Part shown: positions 8,821 to 18,383 of the stretch, piece by piece
Layout of the letters: each line of letters starts with the position of its first letter
How positions within the stretch are numbered: position 1 is the stretch's first letter
Assembly (NCBI GenBank): GCA_965237675.1
Contig: OZ250150.1
Span: 2,400,001-2,464,000, forward strand
DNA length: 64,000 bases
Direction of reading: 5' to 3'
Origin: Candidatus Latescibacterota bacterium
GTDB lineage: Bacteria > Latescibacterota > UBA2968 > GCA-2709665
The notes under the pieces: generated by a model
What the model saw: the letters and a program-made list of their open reading frames with translations, nothing else
Database searches by the model: none
What the model was told of the DNA's origin: nothing
Position numbers and translations under genes: made by a program

Positions 8821-10056
8821 TCACGACGGCGAGACGAGGCGCAGGGCGTTCTCCGAGAGCAGCCTGCAATGCACCGGCGGCTCCAGGTCCAGTCCGAGTA
8901 GCCAGGAGCGCTGCTCTTCGCCCGGGGCGTCCCGGCCGAAGAGCAGGCTGACCTGGCACCGGGGCCGGCCGTTGGCCGGGTCGGGGAGGAAGGGCACGTC
9001 GAGACGCAGCACAACGGGCATGCCCAACTCCCCGGTCCCTTGATCGGTCCTCGTCTGCTCGTCGAGCCGGCGTTTCCTTTCAACGCGTCTGTCCAATTCC
9101 AATATGGCATTCCGGTATTTCCCGCTGGACTTTCTGGCATAGGCTTCCTGCAAAGCGGCGCGCGCCTGATCGAACCGGTCCGTATACATGCAACTCAGAC
9201 CAAGATCGTAGTATGCCTTATAAACTTCGGAGAAATTGGAATAGGTCTCTGCTGCCTCCTGGAAGATGTCGATTGCGGCGTCCCAGTTGCCCGCCTGGAC
9301 CATTCTGAAGCCCCGTTCCAGTTCCGGCATTTCCTTGTGGGTCTCAAATGAGACATATACGCGCTCCGTATATGGCACAATCATCCGCACAAGGGACCGC
9401 ACGATATCCGACCGGCAAGCCGCCAAAAGCCGCCTGCGATCGGCGTTGTCGATACTGGCCTCGCTTTGAGTTTTCCCCGACGTCCTTATTGTCTCACTCC
9501 TCGAAAAATTCCTGCTGGCCAATATTCTTGAAGTGCGCAGATCCACAATTCGCAGCTGGATCTCTACTCGCGCGGTACCCTTGCGTTTGTATTGCCGCCT
9601 GGTCGTTCCCTTATCAGTCTTTCTGTTTTTCTTCTTAACATCCTCTTCGATTTCCGCTTCTTCGTAGTCGTATGCCAGGATGCCGCCCGAGATGAGGGCG
9701 GCGTTTCCGGTAATGTTGTCCCGGTCACCTGAAGCCTTCAGACTCTCATAGTCCAGGAGCTCAAATCGCCCGGAATGTGAAAAGGCCTGCGCCATCTCAG
9801 CGGAGAGTCGTCGGACCCAGGTGTCCCTGGATTCCACACCCTGAAGAAACTTGCCCAGATCGCTGAGTTTGGATACGAATCCGCTCCCCGAACCCTTTAT
9901 TTCGCCGATTGCGATTCTGTCAAACTCGCTCAGGTTGATTTCAGCCGGACGGGTTACAAGAAACGAAATTCTCTTGCCGCCGCTGCAACCTGCAAATAGA
10001 CCCGGGATCGATAGGAGTGACCAGAGGATAAGATTCAGCCAACACGTTTTTTTCAT
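8821..10056 (-). CDS. Lipoprotein with CsgG-like and TPR domains, plus a possibly foreign C-terminal tail
   Basis: Lipobox LFAGC; CsgG-like ARVEIQLRIVDLRTSRIL; TPR GNWDAAIDIFQEA..AYYDLGLSCMYTDRFDQARAALQEA. The last ~65 codons are visibly GC-richer. Confidence 0.75.
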   Translation of the reverse strand: MKKTCWLNLILWSLLSIPGLFAGCSGGKRISFLVTRPAEINLSEFDRIAIGEIKGSGSGFVSKLSDLGKFLQGVESRDTWVRRLSAEMAQAFSHSGRFELLDYESLKASGDRDNITGNAALISGGILAYDYEEAEIEEDVKKKNRKTDKGTTRRQYKRKGTARVEIQLRIVDLRTSRILASRNFSRSETIRTSGKTQSEASIDNADRRRLLAACRSDIVRSLVRMIVPYTERVYVSFETHKEMPELERGFRMVQAGNWDAAIDIFQEAAETYSNFSEVYKAYYDLGLSCMYTDRFDQARAALQEAYARKSSGKYRNAILELDRRVERKRRLDEQTRTDQGTGELGMPVVLRLDVPFLPDPANGRPRCQVSLLFGRDAPGEEQRSWLLGLDLEPPVHCRLLSENALRLVSPS

Positions 10057-10565
10057 ATCGTCGCACTCGAAGTGGGGTTTTGTCCACGTTGTTTGAACTT
10101 AAGTGGGTCCGATGCGGACTTGATGCTGCAAGCTGTGCGAAAAACGCCTTATCCCGCGATGAAAGGGGCCTGTGACGAGAAAGGTATCGCTAGACGCCAC
10201 CGACGTCAAGTCGAACACGGATGCCGGTGAGATTTCCGGATGGTGTTTCGCTCTTTCAACAGGGAGACTGAATTGGGATTGGGAGGCGTTCCGAAAGTCA
10301 GGTGGCGAGGACGAGGAAGACGAGGCGATTACCGGGTCATGCATTTATTGTATGCGATGGCCCTAACCATCCGGATGTTGTCTGAATTTCCGAAACGGAC
10401 AACGAACGGTCAGGCGGATAGAAACCAGAGGGAAACGTGGTACCCGCAAACTCGCCGAAACAGGAACGCATTCTCGATAATATCGCCCTATTCAGGCGCC
10501 GGTTCACCCGGTCTCCCGGACGAATTCCGTTGAACTGTCCTGGAGCCGGGCTTCGTGACTGTCGT

Positions 10566-11333
10566 TTAAGTCAACGTGCGGATACGGACCATAATCGCTT
10601 CGACGGTTTCAGTCACCGCCGAGAGCAGCGTGTAGCGGTCTTCGATTTCCACCTCTGCGTCTGCATAGCGGTATCGCACAGCGTACTCGGTCAGCCACGC
10701 CAGCTTCTCGCCGGCCGAGGTGTCGTTTTCGGCCGGATGCCGGCGAACGGTCGCCGCGAGCATGGCCAGGTCATGCGTGTTGCGATAGTCGTCGTCGAGC
10801 GCGGATATCCAGCCCTTAAGCGCATTTTCAAGAGCCTGCTGCGCGTGAAACCCGATGGCTTCCTGAGCGGAATTGGCCTCTACGAGAATCTTTAGTACGG
10901 CGAGTTCGCGCTCAGCATTGGCGACACGCTGCCCTATGTCGGGCCAGTTGGTCGGGTCCGGATTGTCGTAGGACGCCTTGTTTCCATTCGCATCAAATCC
11001 ATCGCGGACTGCCTGGCCTGCCACGTGGTTGCGCGCCCTGCGACCGTCGTGGAAGGTCTGCTCGCTCATTCGGACCAATTCGACGTCGATCGAATTGTCG
11101 TACAATTCGTCGACTTTGCGGTGGGCTGCGGCGCCCGTGCGTTGATATTTCTGCCGGTCCGTGGAATCGGAGTCGGTTATGATGAGCAGGTCGATGTCCG
11201 AATGAGGGCTGTAATCGCCACGGGCGCGCGAGCCGAACAGAATGACCCGGTCCGGGCGGACCGCATCATCAACCGCCTGGGCGACGGCGCATGCTTTCGG
11301 GTCGGGAGACAGAAGCGTTGGCGGCGCTGGCAT
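10566..11333 (-). CDS. Fused minimal nucleotidyltransferase (MNT) and HEPN domain protein (type VII TA-like)
   Basis: LFGSRARGDYSPHSDIDLL (GSx10DxD); HEPN FHAQQALENALKG...NTHDL...VRYRY. ATG 11333 chosen over the upstream alternative start at 11372. Confidence 0.88.
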   Translation of the reverse strand: MPAPPTLLSPDPKACAVAQAVDDAVRPDRVILFGSRARGDYSPHSDIDLLIITDSDSTDRQKYQRTGAAAHRKVDELYDNSIDVELVRMSEQTFHDGRRARNHVAGQAVRDGFDANGNKASYDNPDPTNWPDIGQRVANAERELAVLKILVEANSAQEAIGFHAQQALENALKGWISALDDDYRNTHDLAMLAATVRRHPAENDTSAGEKLAWLTEYAVRYRYADAEVEIEDRYTLLSAVTETVEAIMVRIRTLT

Positions 11334-11614
11334 GGTTGACTTTCGGCTTCCACTTAGCTGCGTACGGATCACGAGAACCTGCCGGTCAAACCCGGAAACC
11401 GGCGGTTATGCTGAACAATCGGCTGTTTTTCAATGACTTTGGCGTAGAATGTACCGACAACCTGTCAATTCGCGGATTCGGGTTGTTCAGAGTGAGGTTG
11501 CGCGCTCTATGGTGGATGGATTCATCGCTGTACCCGGAAAAGGGAGCATATTCTCGGGTGTTGTCCTTTCGATCCTGTCCATCCATGCAGAATCCGGTTA
11601 CTGAATTAAAAAGT

Positions 11615-11851
11615 TCAGATGCGTTTCGCTATTTGGGGCTGAATCTCTTCGTACTCGGGAAAGCGGCCCTCTTTTATTTTGGAAAAGGCGAGTTCGCCGT
11701 CGACGGTGACTTCAAAACGTCCGCCGCCGGCGGGGATGAGCGTGAAGGCTTCGATATCCTGCTTGAATTCTCTCAGGAGTCTGTCCGTCAAACTGACGGT
11801 CTGATCTTCGTAGCCTCAGGCCGCGCAGTATTCGATGTCGATTCTGGGCAT
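11615..11851 (-). CDS. Rdx (SelW/SelT/SelH-family) selenoprotein, 78 aa, in-frame UGA at codon 12
   Basis: MPRIDIEYCAAUGYEDQTVSLTDRLLREFKQDIEAFTLIPAGGGRFEVTVDGELAFSKIKEGRFPEYEEIQPQIAKRI. IEYCxxU, GxFEVxVDG and SKxxxGRFP are Rdx hallmarks. GGAGG RBS; TGA at 11816-11818. Confidence 0.93.
11785..11799 (-). promoter_or_regulatory. Bacterial SECIS-like hairpin
   Basis: mRNA CCGUCA-GUU-UGACGG, a perfect 6-bp stem whose loop starts GU, with the loop 22 nt after the UGA. Confidence 0.8.
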
Positions 11852-11926
11852 GGTGGCGCCTCCCTGGACGTTTGCGGTTGGAAACCGCTGTTGGAATGGA
11901 TGGCGAGGGTAAGCTGTGGGCTTCTT

Positions 11927-11955
11927 AATATATCTCGGCGGGAGGAGTTTGTCAA
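11927..11955 (-). promoter_or_regulatory. Sigma70-type promoter of the selenoprotein gene
   Basis: TTGACA-17 nt-TATATT on the minus strand. Confidence 0.75.
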
Positions 11956-11988
11956 CTCCAGGGATCCCTGTGTGTATCGGGATTCCGC

Positions 11989-12017
11989 TTGACCGTCGTG
12001 ATCGCGAGGCTTAGATT
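11989..12017 (+). promoter_or_regulatory. Sigma70-type promoter of the carboxypeptidase operon
   Basis: TTGACC-17 nt-TAGATT. Confidence 0.6.
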
Positions 12018-12065
12018 GCGTTGTCCTGTCAGACGGCAGGTATTGCTCAACAAAAGGAGTATGCG

Positions 12066-13577
12066 ATGTCCACGGGGCAGGCCTACGAGGATCTCATCGG
12101 CATATGGAAAAAAGTTCAACTGCTGGAATCCTGCGCGGCCGTTCTGGGGTGGGACGAACGCACCTATATGCCGCGGGGCGGCGCCGCGCACCGGGCGGAG
12201 CAGCACGCCCTTCTGGCGGGTATGGCGCACGAGCGCGCCACGGCAACCGAGGTGGGCGATTTGTTGTCGCGGATTGAGCAGGGCGATAGGGTATTTTCGT
12301 CGGACACGGTGCCTGCCGTAAACGTTCGTGAAATCAGGTGGGAATACGACAGACGGGCGAAGCTGCCGAAGTCCCTTGTGGAGGCGCTCGCCCGGGCGAC
12401 GACCCTTGCCGAACAGGCCTGGCAGGAAGCGCGCGAGGCGTCGGCGTTTGAGCGGTTCCTGCCACACCTCTCGGAGGTGGTGCGGCTCACGCGGGAGGCG
12501 GCCGAGGCGCTCCGTGATGAGGGGACAGCCTACGATGCGCTGTTGAATCGATTCGAACCCGGAGCGAATGCCCGGAATCTCAAGGAGCTGTTCGGGGCGC
12601 TGCGAGGCGAACTGGCGCCGTTGGTCGCGGCGATCGCGGATTCGGGAAAGGCGCCCGACGCGTCGATCTTGACCCGAGAGTATTCCGTGGCGAGGCAAGC
12701 CGCGTTCGGCGCGTCGGCCGCGAAGGCGATCGGGTTCGACTTTGAACGCGGGCGGCTGGACGTGACGGTACATCCGTTCTGCACGGGAATCGGGCCGGGA
12801 GATACACGGATAACGACCCGTTATGACCGCAACCAGTTCGCACAGGCCTTCTTCGGAACCCTGCACGAAGCCGGTCACGGCCTCTACGAGCAGGGACTCG
12901 ACGCCGGGCACTCGGGTACGCCGATGGGCGAGGCGGTATCTCTGGGAATCCACGAATCCCAGTCCCGAATGTGGGAGAATTTCGTGGGACGCAGCAGGGC
13001 GTTCTGGGCGCATTTTTTCCCGAAGGCCCGGGACGAGTTTCCCGCCGCCCTGGCGGACGTTTCACCAGACGCCCTTCATTTTGCGGTGAACGACGTGCGA
13101 CCTTCGTTTATTCGGGTGGAGGCAGACGAGGCGACCTATAATTTGCATATTATGCTGCGGTTCGCGCTGGAGGAGGCGCTCGTTGAAGGCGATCTTGCGG
13201 CGGCGGACGTTCCGGAGGCGTGGAACGAACGCTTTGAGCGGGACTTCGGATTGAAGCCGCCGGACGATGCGCAGGGATGTCTGCAGGACGTGCACTGGAG
13301 CGCCGGATTGATCGGATACTTCCCGACCTATACGCTGGGCAATCTCTACGCCGCCCAGTTGTTTGAAAGGGCCCGGGAGGATCTGGGCGACATCGACAGG
13401 CAGTTCGCCGAGGGTAAGTTCAGGCCGCTGCTGGAATGGCTGAGGGACAGGATTCACAGGCACGGAAGACGCTATCGTGCCGTGGAACTGGTGGAGAAGG
13501 TGACGGGAAAACCTCTGGGCCACCGGGCATTGATGGCGCATTTGAAGGCGAAATTCGGACCGTTGTATGGGGTTTGA
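12066..13577 (+). CDS. Carboxypeptidase Taq (peptidase M32)
   Basis: HPFC, HEAGH, HESQSR, IRVEADE, GCLQDVHW, GYFPTY; AAGGAG RBS before ATG 12066. Confidence 0.95.
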   Translation: MSTGQAYEDLIGIWKKVQLLESCAAVLGWDERTYMPRGGAAHRAEQHALLAGMAHERATATEVGDLLSRIEQGDRVFSSDTVPAVNVREIRWEYDRRAKLPKSLVEALARATTLAEQAWQEAREASAFERFLPHLSEVVRLTREAAEALRDEGTAYDALLNRFEPGANARNLKELFGALRGELAPLVAAIADSGKAPDASILTREYSVARQAAFGASAAKAIGFDFERGRLDVTVHPFCTGIGPGDTRITTRYDRNQFAQAFFGTLHEAGHGLYEQGLDAGHSGTPMGEAVSLGIHESQSRMWENFVGRSRAFWAHFFPKARDEFPAALADVSPDALHFAVNDVRPSFIRVEADEATYNLHIMLRFALEEALVEGDLAAADVPEAWNERFERDFGLKPPDDAQGCLQDVHWSAGLIGYFPTYTLGNLYAAQLFERAREDLGDIDRQFAEGKFRPLLEWLRDRIHRHGRRYRAVELVEKVTGKPLGHRALMAHLKAKFGPLYGV

Positions 13578-14526
13578 GCCCACGGACAGGCGGCCGGTGA
13601 TTCTGGATGCGGATCCGGGCGTGGACGATGCCCTGGCGATGATGCTGGCGCTGGGTTCCCCGGAACTGGAGGTGCTTGGCATCTGCACGGTAAGCGGCAA
13701 TGTGCCGCTGGACATTGGAACCGGTAACGCGCTGAAGGTGCTGGCATTGCTGGATCGGGACGATGTTCCGGTCTATCCGGGAGCAAGCCGTCCGCTTCGG
13801 AGGGACCCCGCATATGCTACGGAGGTCCACGGACCCGGAGGATTGGGGGATTCGGCGTTGCCGCCTCCCGTGCGTTCGCCTTCGCGAGACGCGGTCCCGT
13901 TTATGGTCGAGACACTCTCGGCGCGGCCGGGCGACGTGACGTTGATCGCCGTGGGGCCGCTGACCAATCTTGCCCTGGCGGAAGCACAGGCCCCCGGAGT
14001 GTTGAAAAAAGCCCGGGAGGTGTGCGTGATGGGAGGCACGATCGACGAGCCCGGCAACGTGACCCCTGCGGCGGAGTTCAATTTCTTCGTCGATCCCGAC
14101 GCCGCGAGGCTTGTGTTACGTTCCGGCGCGAGCATAACGCTGGCGTCACTGGACGTGACCCACCGGGCGGCATTGGAAGCATCGCATCTTGCAGGATTAC
14201 CGTCAACTAAGGCGGGTCGCTTTGTGAAAGACGCGGTGCGGCCGGCCGTGGAACATTCCGGGCGGGTTCAGAATCGCCGTCGTTTTTGTCTGCACGATCC
14301 GATGGCGGTGGGTCTGGCGATCGATCCGTCCTTCTTCCGCATCGAGACGGTTTTTGCAGACGTGGAAACAGAAGGAGATCTGACCGCGGGGCAGGTGGTT
14401 GTGGACAGACGGCCGTTCTCAAAGGTCGAAAACCGGAAGGGGCGGCCGGTAAGGTGTGCGTTGGACGTGGACGCCGGTCGTTTTATGGCGTTTTTTTTGT
14501 CCCGGGTTTTTCCGCCAACCGTATAG
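13567..14526 (+). CDS. Inosine/uridine-preferring nucleoside hydrolase
   Basis: DADPGVDD, GPLTNLA, GNVTPAAEFNFFVDP, LHDP. Confidence 0.93.
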   Translation: MGFEPTDRRPVILDADPGVDDALAMMLALGSPELEVLGICTVSGNVPLDIGTGNALKVLALLDRDDVPVYPGASRPLRRDPAYATEVHGPGGLGDSALPPPVRSPSRDAVPFMVETLSARPGDVTLIAVGPLTNLALAEAQAPGVLKKAREVCVMGGTIDEPGNVTPAAEFNFFVDPDAARLVLRSGASITLASLDVTHRAALEASHLAGLPSTKAGRFVKDAVRPAVEHSGRVQNRRRFCLHDPMAVGLAIDPSFFRIETVFADVETEGDLTAGQVVVDRRPFSKVENRKGRPVRCALDVDAGRFMAFFLSRVFPPTV

Positions 14527-14543
14527 CGCAAGGTGTTCCGACG

Positions 14544-15290
14544 TTGAAAGCGATTATCATCGGTGCGGGTCGGGGAATACGATTGATGCCTCATACCGAA
14601 AACGCGCCGAAATGTCTTGCTACAGTGAAAGGCCGGCGCATTCTGGATTGGGGCCTCGACGCCTTGCGGGCGGGCGGGTTGCATGAGATCGTGTTTGTCG
14701 GGGGCTACCGCATCGGGGAGGTGCAGACCCAATATCCTGCGCTTACGTATTGTCACAACGCGGACTGGCCCAATAACAATATCCTGATGTCCCTGATGCA
14801 CGCGGAGTTCCATATGGACGACGGTTTCATCTGCGCGTATTCCGATATTCTATACAGGCCCGAGATTGTCGTGAATCTGATGGATAGCGTGCACGAGATT
14901 ACGCTGGTGTGCGACACGGCCTGGCGCACACGTTACCGGAAACGGTCCGAGCATCCCGAGAACGATGCGGAGAAGATGGCCTCCGTGGGCAACCGGGTGG
15001 TTGCAATCGGCCGGAACGTACCCGGCGAGATCGCCCATGGCGAGTACACGGGGATTGCCCGTTTCGGAAGAGAGGGGACCGTGCAACTGCGCGACGCCTT
15101 CCACCGGGCGAGGACCCTGTACGACGGACGGCCGTTCCAATCGGCCCTCTCCTTTCAGAAAGCGTATCTGATCGACCTGTATCAGGAGATGCTGGACGCC
15201 AGGGTCCCGATGCATCTCATGGAGACGGAGGGCGGATATATGGAGATCGATACGAATCAGGATTTCGAGATTGCGCGAAAGGAATGGTAA
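14544..15290 (+). CDS. NTP transferase / phosphocholine cytidylyltransferase-like
   Basis: KAIIIGAGRGIRL...PKCL, YSDILY, EIDT; TTG start inferred. Confidence 0.85.
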   Translation: MKAIIIGAGRGIRLMPHTENAPKCLATVKGRRILDWGLDALRAGGLHEIVFVGGYRIGEVQTQYPALTYCHNADWPNNNILMSLMHAEFHMDDGFICAYSDILYRPEIVVNLMDSVHEITLVCDTAWRTRYRKRSEHPENDAEKMASVGNRVVAIGRNVPGEIAHGEYTGIARFGREGTVQLRDAFHRARTLYDGRPFQSALSFQKAYLIDLYQEMLDARVPMHLMETEGGYMEIDTNQDFEIARKEW

Positions 15291-15291
15291 T

Positions 15292-16353
15292 ATGGTCGGC
15301 AACCCCGTTCTCTTTCCGGCAGGCGTTGTGGGAAGTATGCCGCGGTCGCAGTTTGTGCGCGACCTGCTGGACCCCGAAAAAGCGCCCGACGATGCGTCGG
15401 AGTTTGCCGAGAGGATGGATGCCTCGGTGGACTACGTTCTGGCGTTGCAGGAGGCCGCCGGGTTGGATATCGTCTCCGACGGCGAGTACCGGCGCCGGTC
15501 CTATATCGGCATTATCGCGGACGTGGCGGATGGATTCGTTCGGGAACGGAAAGAAGGACTCTGGTGGCACACGGTGGTGGAACCTGTGGAGGCGAAAACG
15601 AGGGGTCTAGCCGCTGCGGAGGCGAAATATCTGAGAGCGCGGACCCGCAAAGCGATCAAAGTGTGCCTGCCCTCTCCATATCTGCTGGGCCAGCGCATGT
15701 GGCATCCGGAGCGATCGCGTGATGCGTATCCCACTCGCGAGGCGTTTATGCGCGCGCTCGTACCGATTCTGCGGGGTGAACTGCTTCTGCTGCGGGACGC
15801 GGGTGCCGACGTGGTTCAGTTCGACGATCCGCATCTCTGTCTGTTTGTGGACCCCCGTGTGCGCGGGAGGTACGAAAATCCGGTTCGGGAGATGGACCTC
15901 TGCGTGGATCTCCTGAACCAGATCGTGGATGGCGTTGAGGGATTGGCCGTGGCGTTGCATCTGTGCCGGAGAAACAAGGGCCGGGCCGGATGGGTTGGTC
16001 AGGGCGGTTACGGACCGATTCTGCCCGCGTTGCTGCGACTGAACGTGGATCAATACGTGATGGAATTCACCGTTCCCGTTGCGGGAGATCTGGACGTGTT
16101 GAAACATATCCCGCAGGACCGGCAGGTGGGACTGGGCTGTGTGGACTGCAGGTCTCCACGGATCGATCCCGTGGACGCGATCGTCCGGCGGGTGGAACAG
16201 GCGCTGGAATTCCTGCGTCCCGACCAGATTTTTCTGAATCCGGACTGCGGGTTTGCGCCCGGAAACTCGGCGGAAATTCCGGTTGAAGAGGCTTACGCGA
16301 AGCTCTGCAACGAGGCAAGGGCGGCGCGAATTCTGAGGGAGAAATACGGGTAG
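15292..16353 (+). CDS. Cobalamin-independent methionine synthase II family (catalytic domain only)
   Basis: VGSMPR, SDGEYRR, QFDDP, HLCR (Zn), PDCGF. Confidence 0.88.
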   Translation: MVGNPVLFPAGVVGSMPRSQFVRDLLDPEKAPDDASEFAERMDASVDYVLALQEAAGLDIVSDGEYRRRSYIGIIADVADGFVRERKEGLWWHTVVEPVEAKTRGLAAAEAKYLRARTRKAIKVCLPSPYLLGQRMWHPERSRDAYPTREAFMRALVPILRGELLLLRDAGADVVQFDDPHLCLFVDPRVRGRYENPVREMDLCVDLLNQIVDGVEGLAVALHLCRRNKGRAGWVGQGGYGPILPALLRLNVDQYVMEFTVPVAGDLDVLKHIPQDRQVGLGCVDCRSPRIDPVDAIVRRVEQALEFLRPDQIFLNPDCGFAPGNSAEIPVEEAYAKLCNEARAARILREKYG

Positions 16354-16371
16354 GCGGTTTCCTGTTCTCTT

Positions 16372-17331
16372 TCAGGGGTTCCGTCGGAGCTGGAGGTAGG
16401 ATTTGTACCGCTGGCGGGAAACGATATCTTCCTCCACCGCGTGTTTGACAATGCAACCGGGCTCCCGGACGTGGGTGCAGTTCCGGAACCGGCAGTATCC
16501 GGGCAGGCTCAGGAATTCCCGGAAGAGCCCATCGATTTCTTCCGGGTCAATCTCCCACAGATGGAATTCCCTCACGCCGGGCAGGTCTCCGACCATGCCG
16601 CCGGTTTCGAGTTCCACAAGTTCCATATGGGTGGTCGTGTGCCGGCCTTCCCCGGTGGTTTCGCTGATTTCGCTCGTGCGCAACTCGAGGCCCGGCTGCA
16701 GCCAGTTGAGGAGGCTGGATTTTCCGACTCCCGAAGGCCCCATAAAGAGCGAAATCCGGCCTCTCAGGAGGCTCAGGAACTCTTCCTTGCCCCTGTCCGT
16801 AATGATGCTGGTGAATACGACCGGGTATCCGATTCGTTTGTAGATCGAAGCCGACGTCTCGAATGCGGCGGGGCAGGGCAGGTCCAGTTTGTTGAAACAG
16901 ACGGCGGCGGGTATTTCACACCATTCCGCAACGGCAAGCATACGGTCCAGCATATTCCAGTCCGGTGGCGGGTCGGCCACGGAAAAGACCGGCAGGAGTT
17001 GATCGATGTTGGCTGCCAGGATCTGTTCCTTCTTTGAACTTCCCGAGGCCCTTCGCGAGATCTTGTTCCGCCGTGGCAGAATTTCACGGATGAGACCGGT
17101 ATTCCCTTCGCCGGTATCTATTCGGACACGGTCGCCTATGGCAACAGGGTCTACAACGCGCGTGCGGCGGACGGACTGTACGCGTTTTCGGCGAGAACCG
17201 GGCGCCGCTTCGGGGTATTGAAGCTGTTTGCGCAGTTTGCTCGAGACGGCGCAGTCAACCACCCTGTTTCCGGTGGCGACATGATAGTGCCGACGGTATT
17301 CGCGGATGACGATGCCTTCGGTGTGTTCCAT
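16372..17331 (-). CDS. rsgA: Ribosome small subunit-dependent GTPase A
   Basis: NKLD, GPSGVGKSSL, GRHTTT, DLPG, CRFRNCTHVREPGC. Confidence 0.95.
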   Translation of the reverse strand: MEHTEGIVIREYRRHYHVATGNRVVDCAVSSKLRKQLQYPEAAPGSRRKRVQSVRRTRVVDPVAIGDRVRIDTGEGNTGLIREILPRRNKISRRASGSSKKEQILAANIDQLLPVFSVADPPPDWNMLDRMLAVAEWCEIPAAVCFNKLDLPCPAAFETSASIYKRIGYPVVFTSIITDRGKEEFLSLLRGRISLFMGPSGVGKSSLLNWLQPGLELRTSEISETTGEGRHTTTHMELVELETGGMVGDLPGVREFHLWEIDPEEIDGLFREFLSLPGYCRFRNCTHVREPGCIVKHAVEEDIVSRQRYKSYLQLRRNP

Positions 17332-17633
17332 AACAGGGCCTGGCAGGTGGGGATGTTCCGTGGCGCATCCGGCGCCGGGGCATTTCCATTATTCCAACAT
17401 GCTGTAAAAAGAAAAGTTATGGTCGATGTTCGCCATCAAGGCAGCGTTCACAACGCGCGGAAAATAAAGTGACGAAAATCCTTTGTCAAGAAAAAAGACG
17501 AGATGATCCCGGACCGCGCCTCGGGGGGGCTTCGTGAATCGGTTTGACTTTCCCCGGCCATTTGTCCATATTCTTCGAAGACGGCGTTTACAGGAAGCGA
17601 TCTGTTTTTCCGTCGTGCTTGCGGGGGCTTGTC

Positions 17634-18383
17634 ATGGAGCAGGATCTATCACCGATTTTCAAGCGCTGGACTTTCGATCCTCAACAAACCTGCACCAGAA
17701 AGATCGTGGGAATTGACGGTCGGGAGAAGCTTCAGATCCGTTTCGAACTGGGCCTCCTGCAGATGGAGATGACCGGTCGACCCGACGGCACATCCCCTAG
17801 AGGATATGAGTCGGCCCTCGATGCCTACCTCGATCGACTGGAAGCTCACCGCCGCCTGCACGGTTCAGACGAAGGATTCTGCCTGGATGAGCGTGCGTGC
17901 GATTTGTTGTGGTCGGAAGGCGTACAATTCTATCAACGGTACATCTGCCTACTGCACCTGGGCGATTACGAGGGGGTTCTCAGGGATACCACACATAAAC
18001 TTGCGTTGCTGGATCTGGTCAGGACCTTTGCCGGCAATGACGAGATCAAGTGTGAATTTGACCGTTCCCGCACGTGTGTGCTCATGGTTCATGCCCGATC
18101 CAAGGGAGAGATCTGTCTGCAAAACGGAGAATTCAGCGGCGCTCTCGAGGTCGTTCAGGAAGGTATCGAGGAAATCCGCGGCTTTCTGATTGGATTCGGA
18201 GATCCTGAGCTTCTCGAGTCCAGCGACGAACTTCGTTCACTGGAGGAATGGGCGGAAGAGATTCGGCGTCGATATCCGGCGGGCGCCAGAGAACACCTCT
18301 TTGAACAGATAGAGACGGCGGTTGCCGAGGAACGGTACGAACAAGCGGCGATGCTTAGAAACCGTCTGCGCGGGTTGAACTGA
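17634..18383 (+). CDS. UvrB/UvrC (UVR) motif-containing protein
   Basis: GREKLQIR...GRPDG; C-terminal AVAEERYEQAAMLRNRL; TTGACT-17-CATATT upstream at 17544. Confidence 0.75.
   Translation: MEQDLSPIFKRWTFDPQQTCTRKIVGIDGREKLQIRFELGLLQMEMTGRPDGTSPRGYESALDAYLDRLEAHRRLHGSDEGFCLDERACDLLWSEGVQFYQRYICLLHLGDYEGVLRDTTHKLALLDLVRTFAGNDEIKCEFDRSRTCVLMVHARSKGEICLQNGEFSGALEVVQEGIEEIRGFLIGFGDPELLESSDELRSLEEWAEEIRRRYPAGAREHLFEQIETAVAEERYEQAAMLRNRLRGLN

Noticed and set aside
10099-10533. Small ORFs between the TPR lipoprotein and MNT-HEPN genes
   Set aside because: No convincing RBS or motif; possibly gene debris, but unassignable by eye.
11291-11992. 233-aa plus-strand ORF
   Set aside because: It is the antisense shadow of the Rdx gene and its promoter region, with no recognisable motifs.
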